Below are positions 19,309 through 29,476 of a stretch of 64,000 nt of DNA, in pieces. The stretch comes from a virus, in the IMG/VR virus record IMGVR_UViG_3300036781_000236, positions 23,999 to 87,998 of that record. One strand, written 5' to 3'. Numbering within the stretch: the stretch's first letter is position 1; the number at the start of each line of letters is the position of its first letter. A program made the position numbers and the translations under genes. The notes beneath the pieces are model-generated. The model did not search any database. It worked only from the letters and a program-made list of their open reading frames with translations, and had not been told where the DNA came from.

Positions 19309-19373
19309 AAGCTTCTCGGCTGGTGCAGGGATCGTGACAGTTCTCCTGCCTCCAAGCCGCCGAGGATGAGCAG

Positions 19374-19393
19374 ACGGCCCCGCAAGGGGCCGT
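19374..19393. terminator. Bidirectional terminator
   Basis: ACGGCCCC-GCAA-GGGGCCGT. Confidence 0.8.
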
Positions 19394-19401
19394 TACGCTT
19401 T

Positions 19402-21066
19402 CTACTCCGCTTCCGCGTCGTCCCCGCTCATATAACCAAGCGTGCAACGACAGTTGATCACCGATCCCGCCTCACCGGATGGGTCACCTGGGAACATGAG
19501 CGAGTCGCCGTCCACGTCGAAAGGAGCGTCGAGGGGCTGCGTTTGTCCGTCAAGCCCGTCCACAAGTTCATGGCGCGGGTAGATAGCTCCCTCGGCGGTC
19601 ATCCACACCTTGCTTAGCTTCGAGTTCCCGCCGGTCGCGGCGTCAATGGCTTGTGTCGCGGCGAGGCTCCCGCCCCCTGTGGCCCCGGCGAGGGTGGTGC
19701 GGGCGATAGTGACAGCGCGGGTGTAAGACTGCTCGTTCATCCCTACCTGGATCGCCCTAGCGGTGTCCGGGATCGACAAGCCCTGGTCGTAGGACGCCTG
19801 CACGATCTTCGTGACGTTGTCCAACGTCGTCTGCGCGATGTTAGGGATCTGGCTCGCGGTGTTCGCGATCTCCTTCGCGACATACGGGTTGCTCACATCG
19901 AAGCTGACCCCTGCGCTTTCCAAACTGGCTTGTGTGACCGAACGAACCATCGCCTGCCGGACAGGCTCCGTCTTCGTGCGTAGCGAGAAGATCAGCGCAT
20001 CCACGTCCAGCATTTCGGCAGGGGCCGGGGCGCTCCACACGGGGTTACCGGCGGACGCCGCGTACAGATCAGCTTGGGCGTCGCGGAGGTTCGCCTTCGC
20101 CGCCTCAACATGCTCGGGGCTGCTTCCGTCGGATAGGGCGGTGCGGAGTTCGCCCTTAGCTTCCTCGACGGCCTTGTGGCGTGCCGCCAACTGCTCCGGG
20201 GTGAGCGTGGCGGGAGGCTGCTTCTTCGCGGCTGCGGCCGTCAACGGCAATCCCCCGGTGAGCGGCAGCGTGATCTCGACCTGGTCGCCCCGGACTACGT
20301 AGAGCGCATCGAACGTCAATGGAAGCCCGAACACCGTTGCGGTGTCGGGCGCGTCGGGTGTGCCAGTGGATGCGTGCGCTTCGAAGCCGTGGTCGCGGGC
20401 GTACTCGACCCCGTACTTCACCAGTGCCTGCGTCACCGCTACCCGCAGTTCGACCAGACCTGGTACGTCGGGAAGGAGGATGCCGATGGTGTCGCCGTCT
20501 GGTTTCCCGAACTCGCCGCTACCTGCCACCACACCCGTCAGGGGACCGCAGTTCGCAGCGACCAACCGCAATGCGTCACCAAGCATGTCGAGTGGCCCAT
20601 CGATCTCCCCGAGCGACGCCAATGTGACGTGCAGCATCCCCGCTGGGTCACCGCCAGGGACAGTGAGCGCAGCGGATTGCTCCGCAGTAGGTTTCAGACA
20701 AACCATCGTGCTCAACGGTGTCGGAGCCGCCGCCGTCAACGCCAATGACGCAACGAGCGACCGGACATCAGCGGGCGCGAGTCCTACGAGCGCCGCCATG
20801 TCCGCGTCCCGACGTGCCGAAGCGGTGAGGTGGTTCGTCACTGTCGCCGTGAAGTTCGCGGCTGCGTCACGGCCTGCTTTCCGCAGGATCGGTTCGAGCA
20901 CCTTCACCATCCGCGGCACCAGATCGTCGGCGCGCTTATACCCAGCCTGGATGACACGGTTGTGGTGCGCCGCCGATGGTGCGACAGGGACAGCCTTCTC
21001 TGGCTTCGGCTGCGTCGCTTCCACCGCTTCCGCGGTGGTCTCCTTGACGGAGCGGTACTCGGGCAT
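19402..21066 (-). CDS. MuF-like minor head protein with internal 2H-phosphoesterase domain
   Basis: C-terminal RAVTIARTT, KVW...RH..DGQ..PLDAPF...FPGDP..INCRC (MuF); internal HVTL and HAST 2H motifs. Confidence 0.85.
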   Translation of the reverse strand: MPEYRSVKETTAEAVEATQPKPEKAVPVAPSAAHHNRVIQAGYKRADDLVPRMVKVLEPILRKAGRDAAANFTATVTNHLTASARRDADMAALVGLAPADVRSLVASLALTAAAPTPLSTMVCLKPTAEQSAALTVPGGDPAGMLHVTLASLGEIDGPLDMLGDALRLVAANCGPLTGVVAGSGEFGKPDGDTIGILLPDVPGLVELRVAVTQALVKYGVEYARDHGFEAHASTGTPDAPDTATVFGLPLTFDALYVVRGDQVEITLPLTGGLPLTAAAAKKQPPATLTPEQLAARHKAVEEAKGELRTALSDGSSPEHVEAAKANLRDAQADLYAASAGNPVWSAPAPAEMLDVDALIFSLRTKTEPVRQAMVRSVTQASLESAGVSFDVSNPYVAKEIANTASQIPNIAQTTLDNVTKIVQASYDQGLSIPDTARAIQVGMNEQSYTRAVTIARTTLAGATGGGSLAATQAIDAATGGNSKLSKVWMTAEGAIYPRHELVDGLDGQTQPLDAPFDVDGDSLMFPGDPSGEAGSVINCRCTLGYMSGDDAEAE

Positions 21067-21271
21067 CTGGACGCCCAACCCTAAACCTCTACTTGACCCT
21101 CATCACGCGGGCGTGATTCGCCCATCACCGCAGCCTGCAACCGGCGAAGCTCGGATGCCTTCACCACTTCCTCGCCACCAGACTCGTCCCACGCCAATGC
21201 GCCGCCATGACCGCGCTGCTCTTTGACGACAGCCTCGGCGTTCGCGCAACGCGTCTCACGTGTCATGTCCA

Positions 21272-21439
21272 TCACTGCTTCCTCCGTGGCGGTGAACCAT
21301 CGATCTTGTCGAAAGCCCGCTCGGACGCCTTGCCTACCTCATCGACAGTGGTCTCTACCGCCTCGACAGCTTCCGCGACGATGGTCAACGGAGCCGTGAT
21401 GACTTCACCGACGATCCTCCCGAGAAGCTTCCCGATCAC
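21272..21439 (-). CDS. Small hypothetical protein coupled to portal
   Basis: GTGA overlap with the portal stop. Confidence 0.5.
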   Translation of the reverse strand: MIGKLLGRIVGEVITAPLTIVAEAVEAVETTVDEVGKASERAFDKIDGSPPRRKQ

Positions 21440-23385
21440 GCCGTCACCTTCCCGTTCGCAGCGGCAGCAACCCTGTTCGTCAACGACGCCGACACCGGGG
21501 CCGGGAGCGTCTCGAACAAAGTTCGTGACGCGTGCAACTCGACGTTCGACACGAACAACTCCACCATCGCCGTGTCCGTGACGTGACATGACCGCAACGC
21601 TTCCTCGATCATCCCTCGCGCACCCGCGACCAGCTGCGCAGGCTGCTGCTTCGTCAACGTCTTCACGCGATCCGCACCCAGGGTAGCCGCGACAAGGTTC
21701 GCGCGTACCCCGTCGATCAACGCCAACGCGTCCGGGTCCTTCTTCGCGAGGGACCGGAGCTTCGACCCGGCGAGTTCGCGGGCACGATACACCGCCAGTT
21801 CCGCCGCGATAGACACGGCCGCCGTCGCGGCCGATCCGATCACCTCGCCGCTGATCGGCTGCGGCGGCTTTCCCTTCGTCGTCTCCGACGCCGACCCGCC
21901 AGGGCCACGCACCGGAGCGGACGTTACGCCACCCGATCCGCCATCCGCACCACCTGTGTCCGGGGTTTCGAGCACGCCAGGCGCGATCTCCAGTTCCGAC
22001 CCTGGACGCAGTGACGGTGTCCCGTACACCGCCAAACCAGGGTCGCGGAGCTTGATCCCCAAGTACACGTTCCGTTCCTCAGGGGACGGCGCATCGGCGT
22101 CATCGAACCCCTTCGACTTCCGGTACGTGTCATCGCTGATCGTGCCCCGGTCGAACGCCTCATCAGCAGCAGCGCCCCGGTCAGGGTGGTTGATGATCGC
22201 GGACGCGTCGTAGTCGATGCAATAGGTCTGCCAATCAGCGACACCCATATCGCTAAGGTAGGGACGCAGGTAGGACTGCGTGAGGTCGGACACCAACTGT
22301 TGCGCCATCGGCTGCAAGTGCGCCTTCCACGTGCTCTCATCGACCTGCCATGCGTTCCAGTGCGTCAGGTCCCCCATCCCTGTCAGGATCTCCGCTGGAA
22401 GGTCGAGTCCGATAGCGATACGACGGATGCATTCCTCCCTCAATCCTGTCTCCGGATACAGCTGCACTGGGTCGACAAGCTCCATGTGGTACACAAGATC
22501 CTTGAGGGATTTATTTTCTGGGACAGGGACGCGCATGATCAGCGGAACAACAGCGGACGCTGACCCTTCGTTCTCGATGGAGGCAGTCATAGCGTCCGTC
22601 AGGTCCTGCAAGAAAATGTCGTTCAACGGGTCTTCGTCACCCAGCGGTTCTAGCGGGGTCTGTGACAGGGCGTCGTCTATCCACAGAATCCCGTTCCCTG
22701 CCTGCCGTGAACGGGCGCGCGCGCGGACGACGGCGGTGAGTAGCACGAGTTCTTCCACGAGCAGGAGGACACCGGCCATTGAGGAGTCCGCGAGTGCCGA
22801 CCACCTCGGCGACCGCTTCCACAGCCTGTACGCGACAGCGCTGTCGTCATCAACGGGGAAGAAATCCTCGTCCTTCACCTCGTGGTAGTTCTGGATCATG
22901 ATCGACGGTGCGCGGTACCGCATGATCACGCCGTCCATGACGCGCAACTCGTCGGTGGACAGAACCTCCCACTGCTCCAACCCGGTGAACGGGTCGTTGC
23001 TCACGAGGAGGTACGCCTCCCCGGTGAGAAACATGAGTTTGCCGTACTGCTGCTGCAACCCGTTCCGCTGCCCCTTACCTCCGCCGGGGTCCTGGATACG
23101 GGCGAGCGCGTCAACGACGTTCTGATTCGTGGTGGGCTTGATCTCCCCGTCAGGTTGGATCTGCGCAGGTAGCAGCGTCAGTAGGCTCATGGCGTGCCCG
23201 ACGTAGTTCGCGGCGTACTTGATCTCCCCCACCATGTCGTAGTACGACAGGGCGCGGGTCTGCCACGGCTGGATCAGGCGGCGCATGATCTGCGCGTCCC
23301 GCTGATGCACCCGTACCCCGGCGGCCGTCAACGATGCGGGATTACCGATCCGCATCCCTGGCTTCTTGCGGCTAAACCACCCCAC
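21436..23385 (-). CDS. Portal protein
   Basis: WQTRALSYYDMVGEIKYA, GEAYL, SRQAGNGIL, SAVVPLI, RRIAIGLDLPAEILTG, HWNAWQ motifs of Rosebush-like portals. Confidence 0.88.
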   Translation of the reverse strand: MGWFSRKKPGMRIGNPASLTAAGVRVHQRDAQIMRRLIQPWQTRALSYYDMVGEIKYAANYVGHAMSLLTLLPAQIQPDGEIKPTTNQNVVDALARIQDPGGGKGQRNGLQQQYGKLMFLTGEAYLLVSNDPFTGLEQWEVLSTDELRVMDGVIMRYRAPSIMIQNYHEVKDEDFFPVDDDSAVAYRLWKRSPRWSALADSSMAGVLLLVEELVLLTAVVRARARSRQAGNGILWIDDALSQTPLEPLGDEDPLNDIFLQDLTDAMTASIENEGSASAVVPLIMRVPVPENKSLKDLVYHMELVDPVQLYPETGLREECIRRIAIGLDLPAEILTGMGDLTHWNAWQVDESTWKAHLQPMAQQLVSDLTQSYLRPYLSDMGVADWQTYCIDYDASAIINHPDRGAAADEAFDRGTISDDTYRKSKGFDDADAPSPEERNVYLGIKLRDPGLAVYGTPSLRPGSELEIAPGVLETPDTGGADGGSGGVTSAPVRGPGGSASETTKGKPPQPISGEVIGSAATAAVSIAAELAVYRARELAGSKLRSLAKKDPDALALIDGVRANLVAATLGADRVKTLTKQQPAQLVAGARGMIEEALRSCHVTDTAMVELFVSNVELHASRTLFETLPAPVSASLTNRVAAAANGKVTA

Positions 23386-23397
23386 GTGCGGGGCCGG

Positions 23398-23568
23398 TTA
23401 CTGGCCGGTCGTCGGGGCAGGCTGGTTCGGCCTGTCCGGCGGATTCCACACCAGGCTAGCCATCGTGACTTCGCGGCGGTCGGAGCGAGGGGTGCGCGCA
23501 CCCGTGGCCTGGTTCGCCTCAGCGTTCTGCACCGCTGTCTTCACGCTTCCAGAGCATCCACAACCCAT
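23398..23568 (-). CDS. Small MGCGC-type protein upstream of portal
   Basis: AAGGAGG RBS; starts MGCGCSG (57 codons, absent from ORF track). Confidence 0.65.
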   Translation of the reverse strand: MGCGCSGSVKTAVQNAEANQATGARTPRSDRREVTMASLVWNPPDRPNQPAPTTGQ

Positions 23569-23647
23569 ACAGGGCCTCCTTCGGTGGTGATTCGGTTCGG
23601 GACTTGTAGGCTAGCGCGGCGAACGGTTAGCGCCCCCAGATACACGA

Positions 23648-23669
23648 CGGGCGCTCCGAAGAGCGCCCG
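23648..23669 (-). terminator. UUCG hairpin
   Basis: CGGGCGCTC-TTCG-GAGCGCCCG on the minus strand. Confidence 0.6.
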
Positions 23670-23732
23670 CACCCGAAGGTGACCTGCCAGCCCCGTAGAG
23701 GCCGCTAGGTTCCGTCCAACCCTACCACGCGG

Positions 23733-24023
23733 CTATTCGTCCCGGCCGAACGCCTGATCGCGAGCGCGACGCAGGTGACGGATCAGGTCGTTGATCGCCT
23801 GCCGGTCAAGATCAACGTAGAAACCGCCCAGGCTGATTTCCCTAACGTCCGTTCCAGTGGCATCAGACATGACACGAACACCGTCTGCGCCTGTCTGCGC
23901 GTCGACACACTTACTCACGACTTGCACATACTGGTCGCGGTTCCAACGAACCTCGACTATGGCCTTGCGCGGGTCGTTCTCGTCAAAAGCCAGTGGGCTT
24001 CCGTACACGGATTCTTTGGGCAT
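23733..24023 (-). CDS. Hypothetical phage protein
   Basis: RBS AGGAGG; LDRQAINDLIRHLRRARDQAFGRDE tail. Confidence 0.7.
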   Translation of the reverse strand: MPKESVYGSPLAFDENDPRKAIVEVRWNRDQYVQVVSKCVDAQTGADGVRVMSDATGTDVREISLGGFYVDLDRQAINDLIRHLRRARDQAFGRDE

Positions 24024-24089
24024 CTCGCCCTCCTTGCCCATCACGGGCGGTAGTGGAACCCGCAGACCGTATCACGCCCGCGTGATGGC

Positions 24090-24455
24090 TCAGGGGTCGA
24101 GCCAGCGGGCAGCAAGGCCAACGGTCATACTCAACGCGAACGGCGCGAGCACCGCCACCGTCCACGACGGCTCCAGACGCCACGCCACATACGCTACGAC
24201 CGACCACCACCAGCCCTGGCAGAACGCGCACTCAAGAAGCTCCGCGAGCACAGGACGCCTGTACGTGACTGTCGCGGTGACCTGCTCCGACGTTAGCCCG
24301 TTCACAGCGTTCTGCGAGCCTGTGCGAGACACGGTAGTGCCGAGCAGCCACGCCCGGGCGCGGACGACAGGAGGGAACGTGTCCCAACCAACGAGTCGCA
24401 CCACCCGGAGAGTGCCGAGCGCTAGCACCACCGACAGCCAAGGAGACGGAATCAC
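24090..24455 (-). CDS. DUF1360-like membrane protein
   Basis: RVVRLVGWDTF...ELLECAFCQGWW plus hydrophobic helices. Confidence 0.7.
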   Translation of the reverse strand: MIPSPWLSVVLALGTLRVVRLVGWDTFPPVVRARAWLLGTTVSRTGSQNAVNGLTSEQVTATVTYRRPVLAELLECAFCQGWWWSVVAYVAWRLEPSWTVAVLAPFALSMTVGLAARWLDP

Positions 24456-24847
24456 GTATTCACCACCGTGAGATTCGAAGCAACGCTTGTCACTTCGAAG
24501 GTACGGCAGCGAGCGCAATACCACCGCCGCTGGTAGGTAAGACACTTTCCCTGATAGCCGGGTTCGACGCGCCAGAGTTCTTTCTCCTCAATGAGCCGCC
24601 AGTCATGCGACTGAAACTCACCTGTGACAGTGACGTGTGAGCACCACGTATCAAGGTCGCGCATGTCTGCCGCACCCGCGGCCTTGTTCAACCCGTCGAC
24701 CATGGCCTTCGCCAACTCCTCTTTGTGCGGCAGCGATTCCTTCACCCGAGCGATCCATCCGATACCGACGTCGTCGTAGATCGTGACGGGACCGTGCGCC
24801 CTATATACGTAGGCGTACGGGGGATTGAACACGTCGCTGCCGCTCAT
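24452..24847 (-). CDS. Hypothetical protein
   Basis: Coupled ORF. Confidence 0.55.
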   Translation of the reverse strand: MSGSDVFNPPYAYVYRAHGPVTIYDDVGIGWIARVKESLPHKEELAKAMVDGLNKAAGAADMRDLDTWCSHVTVTGEFQSHDWRLIEEKELWRVEPGYQGKCLTYQRRWYCARCRTFEVTSVASNLTVVNT

Positions 24848-25443
24848 GGCTGCATCTTACGCAAGCCACGGAACGGTCTGCATGTCAGCGTGCCGTCAGC
24901 CAACCGCAACAACACGTTTCGCGGACACCCGTTGCCAAGCCACTTCGCGAGGACGGTGACGGGTTCGCCGCGAAGCAGGTACGTCTTACCGACCATGCCG
25001 CTCACGCTTCCTCGTCCTGTCGAGCAGGAGGCTCAGAGTGCGGCACATAGCCCAACACTTCCAAACACTGGCAGCCATCGACTGGACCCCACGACGGGCA
25101 GACCTCATGGAATCCTCTGTCGTGTTCGCACGGCATCACCAGCAATCGTCCTGGCTTGTCAAGCGCTCCCGTGATCCATCCGCCGCAAGCGTCACAGACA
25201 CAGTACGGGTCAGCGAAGCGCCGCTCATTGTAGACCGCAACGTAGGTGCGCGTGATCGTCACGAGAGGATGTTCTGCCACTGGGGGCACCAGTCCAACCG
25301 GCAACACCGCACCTTGAGGTACAGGTGCAGCCCGAGCGGCCCAGCCCACAGGTGCAGGCCGGGGCTTCCGTAGCGGGGACGTGAGACGCTGAAGAACGGT
25401 TCACTCATTCGTATAGCTAGCTTACCACGCGGGCGTCATGCAT

Positions 25444-25824
25444 CTACTCTGCCGTCCACGGCTCTCGTGGGTCTGTGATCTGCCAAAGATGAAAGACGTG
25501 GTCTTGCTGCGGTACGTTCACGTACACCTCACGTGGCGGTAGCAGCATCCCGAACGTCAACTCTGGGTCGAGGAGCCTGTATCGCGCGGTCTTGATTTCG
25601 TCCCATGACGGATGCCGTGTCGGGTGGGAGATGGAGAGATGCCACAGGTACTCGCCGTTCACACCAGCGGGTTCGCGTCCGAGCAGTATGGAGCATTCGC
25701 CCATCTCGAACAGACTGGCTTTCATCCCCATTCGCTTCATCACGTCAGGGAGAGCGCGCTGAGTGAACCCGGCTTCGACGTAGCCTGGTTCATGGCTGCC
25801 AGGGATCGGCTCCTTGTACGGCAT
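25444..25824 (-). CDS. Conserved phage protein
   Basis: WHLSISH..RHPSWDEIKTARY...YVN....VFHLW. Confidence 0.7.
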   Translation of the reverse strand: MPYKEPIPGSHEPGYVEAGFTQRALPDVMKRMGMKASLFEMGECSILLGREPAGVNGEYLWHLSISHPTRHPSWDEIKTARYRLLDPELTFGMLLPPREVYVNVPQQDHVFHLWQITDPREPWTAE

Positions 25825-26657
25825 TAGATCGGTGCGGGGTCGTAGATCATGCTGCTGTCCGCGTACGGGTCAGGACTGTAGAACCACGTCGTGAAATGAT
25901 CGCCGACGCGCTGCTCCCACTCCGCGAGCGCCGCCGGATCGTCGGGCGGCAGGCCATGCATCCGCCAGTGCGCCCCCACGGACTCGTCCATAGCGGTGAG
26001 CGCATAGGCTCGCGCACCTGTGGCGATCTTGCGGACGTACTGCTCCCGTGTGCGCCAGCTGTAGTGCCGCACCACAAGACCCGGGGCCGCGGGTGCGATC
26101 CCCGGCAGGTACGCGGAGTGGTTCCCCATGTGGATGATGAGTCCGTCGCACAACCGGACGCACACCTTCGGGAGCGGTGCCCGCTCCCGTTTTCGCCACC
26201 CGATGCGGCGGAACGGGTTCGGTTCGCTGCTCACCAGTTCGTCTGTGAACCTGTCCCGCTCGAACTCCAGCGGGTCGATAGCCGTAGGGATGTGGTTGAA
26301 CAACTCGGTGGTCACGACACGAATGTCGGGGGCCAGACCATCGAGGTAGACGCGGATCGGGCGGTTGTCGGTCGTCATCCACGCTTCGTCCAGATCGGAT
26401 GCGACAGCCCACGTGAACCCCATGTTCAGCGCCCGTGCCGCGAGGGCACTCATCTTGTCCGACTGCTGGTACGCGGGGTCGGGGTCGTCAATGAGCGTGA
26501 TCGCGTCCCCGAACGACGCCATGATCTCGCGTGTCCCGTCTGTGCTGAGATTGTCCGCGACGATCAGGTGGTCGACCTGGGTGAGCATGTGCTCGCACCA
26601 TGCCTGAGCTATGTCGGCTTCATCCCTCGCCATCGCTATCGCTACGCAAGCGCTCAC
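25824..26657 (-). CDS. Glycosyltransferase (GT2-like)
   Basis: MARDEADI, IVADNLSTDGT, WAVASDLDE, IHMGNH, RHYSWR. Confidence 0.85.
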   Translation of the reverse strand: MSACVAIAMARDEADIAQAWCEHMLTQVDHLIVADNLSTDGTREIMASFGDAITLIDDPDPAYQQSDKMSALAARALNMGFTWAVASDLDEAWMTTDNRPIRVYLDGLAPDIRVVTTELFNHIPTAIDPLEFERDRFTDELVSSEPNPFRRIGWRKRERAPLPKVCVRLCDGLIIHMGNHSAYLPGIAPAAPGLVVRHYSWRTREQYVRKIATGARAYALTAMDESVGAHWRMHGLPPDDPAALAEWEQRVGDHFTTWFYSPDPYADSSMIYDPAPI

Positions 26658-26838
26658 TTCGACATCTTGTACGTTAGGACAGATCCGATGATGGCACCGC
26701 ACCCTGCTAGTACAAGCATGAGAGACAGAGGCCACGCCCCTACCTGATGGTTCCCATCCACGATCATCGTCGGTAACGCCACAGGGAGCGCTGCCCAGTA
26801 TGTCCCCATCAGAAATCCCCACAGGACGAAGCATGTTC

Positions 26839-27315
26839 TCATGCTTCGTCCTCGCCGTCTTCGAGTTCGTAGAGCACACGGTCATGCTCACCCAACATCC
26901 ACTGCTCCTTGAACGCCGCCTGGTTGTAGGTCGGCATGTACCCGGTACCGCCCGTGGCGGCAAGGAACGCCGCCGCGTACGGCAGACGGTGCGTGCCCAC
27001 GGTCTTGCGCGGTGACCCGTCAGGACGGTACGGCTCGAACGTGTACCTCACTGCGCGGCTTCCGGTTGCACGGCCGCCGAGTGCCTTGACGGCTTTCCGC
27101 CACGCCGAGCGGCACTCGGAGCACTTGAGCGCTTCAACGTCGAACATCGAGCCGCCGGGGGCGGATGCCCTTTCGGGGTCGTTGCCGAAGAACGGATCGT
27201 CTGAGGTGTCGGGCGGCGAGCAGATCGTCCCGTTCAGAGCGATGTTCATTAGGGATTCCAGCACCTCGATGGCCGCGTCCGGATCGGGATCTTGCACAGG
27301 AGACACTGTAATCAT
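26839..27315 (-). CDS. Hypothetical protein
   Basis: Coupled ORF. Confidence 0.55.
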   Translation of the reverse strand: MITVSPVQDPDPDAAIEVLESLMNIALNGTICSPPDTSDDPFFGNDPERASAPGGSMFDVEALKCSECRSAWRKAVKALGGRATGSRAVRYTFEPYRPDGSPRKTVGTHRLPYAAAFLAATGGTGYMPTYNQAAFKEQWMLGEHDRVLYELEDGEDEA

Positions 27316-27911
27316 GCGTGGTTCCTGCGGAAGATGAGGCCGGTGTCGCGGAAGTAGTTCGTCGCGCGGCCGTTCAACGCTGCGAGTCGTCGCGCGTTTT
27401 CGGTGTTCTCCTCATCGAACCGGAACCCTGCGGCGGCGAACGCACCGATCCAGTAACTATCGGGCTGAAGGTTCACGTGATGCCACCCTGCCTGCCCCGG
27501 CACCGCATGCGTTACCGCGACAGTGTGAGCCTGACACATGGTGCGCATGACGTTCGGGAGGTACTGCTCCTCGATGTGCTCCAGGAACTCGCAGCACCAG
27601 ATCGTCCCGTACGTATCACAGCGGAATGGACCATGCGTGAAGTCGTGCTGGTAGATACGGATGCGGTCGAATGGCATCCCGTCGACCCCTTCGGAGTAGA
27701 GACCGAGACTTGAGAACGCATCGACGGCTACCCCGTCGCCGCACCCAACGTCGAGCAGGCGTGTGTTGCGGCGCTCTTTCGCGTCCTCCGCGATCCACGC
27801 CCAGAGTTCTGGGTAGATACAGTCCTTGTCGCCAGTTTCGACGTAACCGCCGAGGTGGCCGTCCACGACCATCACGTGCTCGTCGGAGACCGGGATACGC
27901 TCCACCGTCAC
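27312..27911 (-). CDS. Class I SAM-dependent methyltransferase, glycan-modifying type
   Basis: LLDVGCGDG, HDFT.G, CCEFLEHI, AVPGQAGWHHVN.Q...YW. Confidence 0.85.
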   Translation of the reverse strand: MTVERIPVSDEHVMVVDGHLGGYVETGDKDCIYPELWAWIAEDAKERRNTRLLDVGCGDGVAVDAFSSLGLYSEGVDGMPFDRIRIYQHDFTHGPFRCDTYGTIWCCEFLEHIEEQYLPNVMRTMCQAHTVAVTHAVPGQAGWHHVNLQPDSYWIGAFAAAGFRFDEENTENARRLAALNGRATNYFRDTGLIFRRNHA

Positions 27912-29403
27912 GCGGCACCAACCAACGGCTTACCGTAGCGTTCCCACACGGCCTGCGACCAAGGGTCAGTAGCGGTGCCGTCCTGCTGCTTCATCTGTCC
28001 GTCCTGGAAGACGTTGAGAGGTAGGACGCCCTTGATACCGGGGCGCTTCAGCACACGACCTGCTGTTACCAAGGACTCGACGCTCACGTCGGGGGTTGTA
28101 TCGAGGAGCACGCGTCGCACCCGAACCGTCCAGCCGCAGCCACTCCAAATCGACCCGACCTCAGGAAGCGCGTCAGCGTCCATCAGTGCCTCCGTCATGG
28201 CGGATTACGCTCACGTCCGACACAAGCGCCTCCATCTCCTCCGGTGATATACGCACAACCTGCGTAGCAGGAGTGACTCGCGGCGGTCCTTCTAGCGCTT
28301 TGAGCAGCAATGCTGCCTCCGCTGGTTTCACCATCGCGGAGAACTCCCCTGACTCCACCGCCCACCTGAGTTTCGCAACCACGTTCGCGAGTTCGCTGAT
28401 GGCGTTCGGCGAACCGGAGCGAGCGGCATCCTCACGGGTAGCCGCAGGCATCGCAAGAACTGCCGTCCCCGATGGCCTCGTAAGCCCCTCCGGTTCGCGC
28501 AACGCCACCTCGCGCTCAAGCTCATCGATCCGCGCTGCCGCCTGAACCATCAACGCACGGTCATCCATCAAGAAGACCTGGAGGTCGCGGTTCGCGCGCT
28601 CCCGCAGCAGCTCGCGCAACGTCGCTGGTGCCTCACCCCCGAACACTGGTGCTCCTCGGTTTGACGCGAACGTTGCTGCCGAAGTAGTCGCGGTCGCGGC
28701 GCATCCGTGCGGTGAGCGGTCCGCGTGGGTGCTCATCTAGATGTTCGATCCTGCTGCGATAGTCCGACACCGCCCACGTCTGACCGAACAGGGCTGCCCC
28801 GGCGATGTTGCTCTCATAGAGACGGCGAAGTTCGCTGCGTACGGAATGGCGGACGCTCATGCCGCCACCTCGCCGCAGAAGTCGTGGCCGTCCTGTGTCG
28901 GCAAGTAGTGCCACGACGCCGACCATGCCGTCCACTCACGCCACACCAACCCACGCGATGCGAGCACGCCGAGCGTACGTCCCACCGCTGAAGGCGTCAG
29001 CTTCCGGTAGCGCATTTGGTCTATGTCGTCGGCGCGTTCCGCTGCGTCACGAATAAGCCAGCCGAGTACCGCCAACGCTTCGATGGGGTGCCCTGTATCC
29101 TTCGCGCACAAAGCGCGCAGCACGCTCTCCTGTAGACGCGTGAGAGGCGGTATTGTCGCGTCAGCCACGGTAGTCCCCTCCGTCGCCGCCGTCGTTGCGG
29201 ATGCCGTTCACGTAGGCGATCTCGTGCTCGACTCCGATGAAGCCGCCGTCGCCTGGATCACGACGTAGCGAGATCGAGCTGCCGTCACCCGCGAACAGGA
29301 TCAGATCGCGCGGCCAGTTCTTAGCCAGGCGCTTCAGGCCACGTACGATGCGCTTCTCGTCCTCAGTGAGCACGTCGAAGTCCTCTGGCTCCACAAAATA
29401 CAT
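27908..29403 (-). CDS. Chain of small hypothetical ORFs (27908-28198, 28173-, 28857-29168, 29161-29403)
   Basis: Overlapping ORFs behind a leaderless promoter; 28857-29168 looks winged-HTH-like. Confidence 0.5.
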
Positions 29404-29476
29404 TGCCCGCATCGTATAGCAGGCTTCGGGTGGGGTCAACTCTCAACCAACACCCGAGACTTTCACGCGGGTGTGA
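29401..29476 (-). promoter_or_regulatory. Leaderless promoter with A, C and B motifs
   Basis: TCACACCCGCGTGA..GGTTGAGAG-TTGACC-17-TACGAT-7 nt-ATG. Confidence 0.8.
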
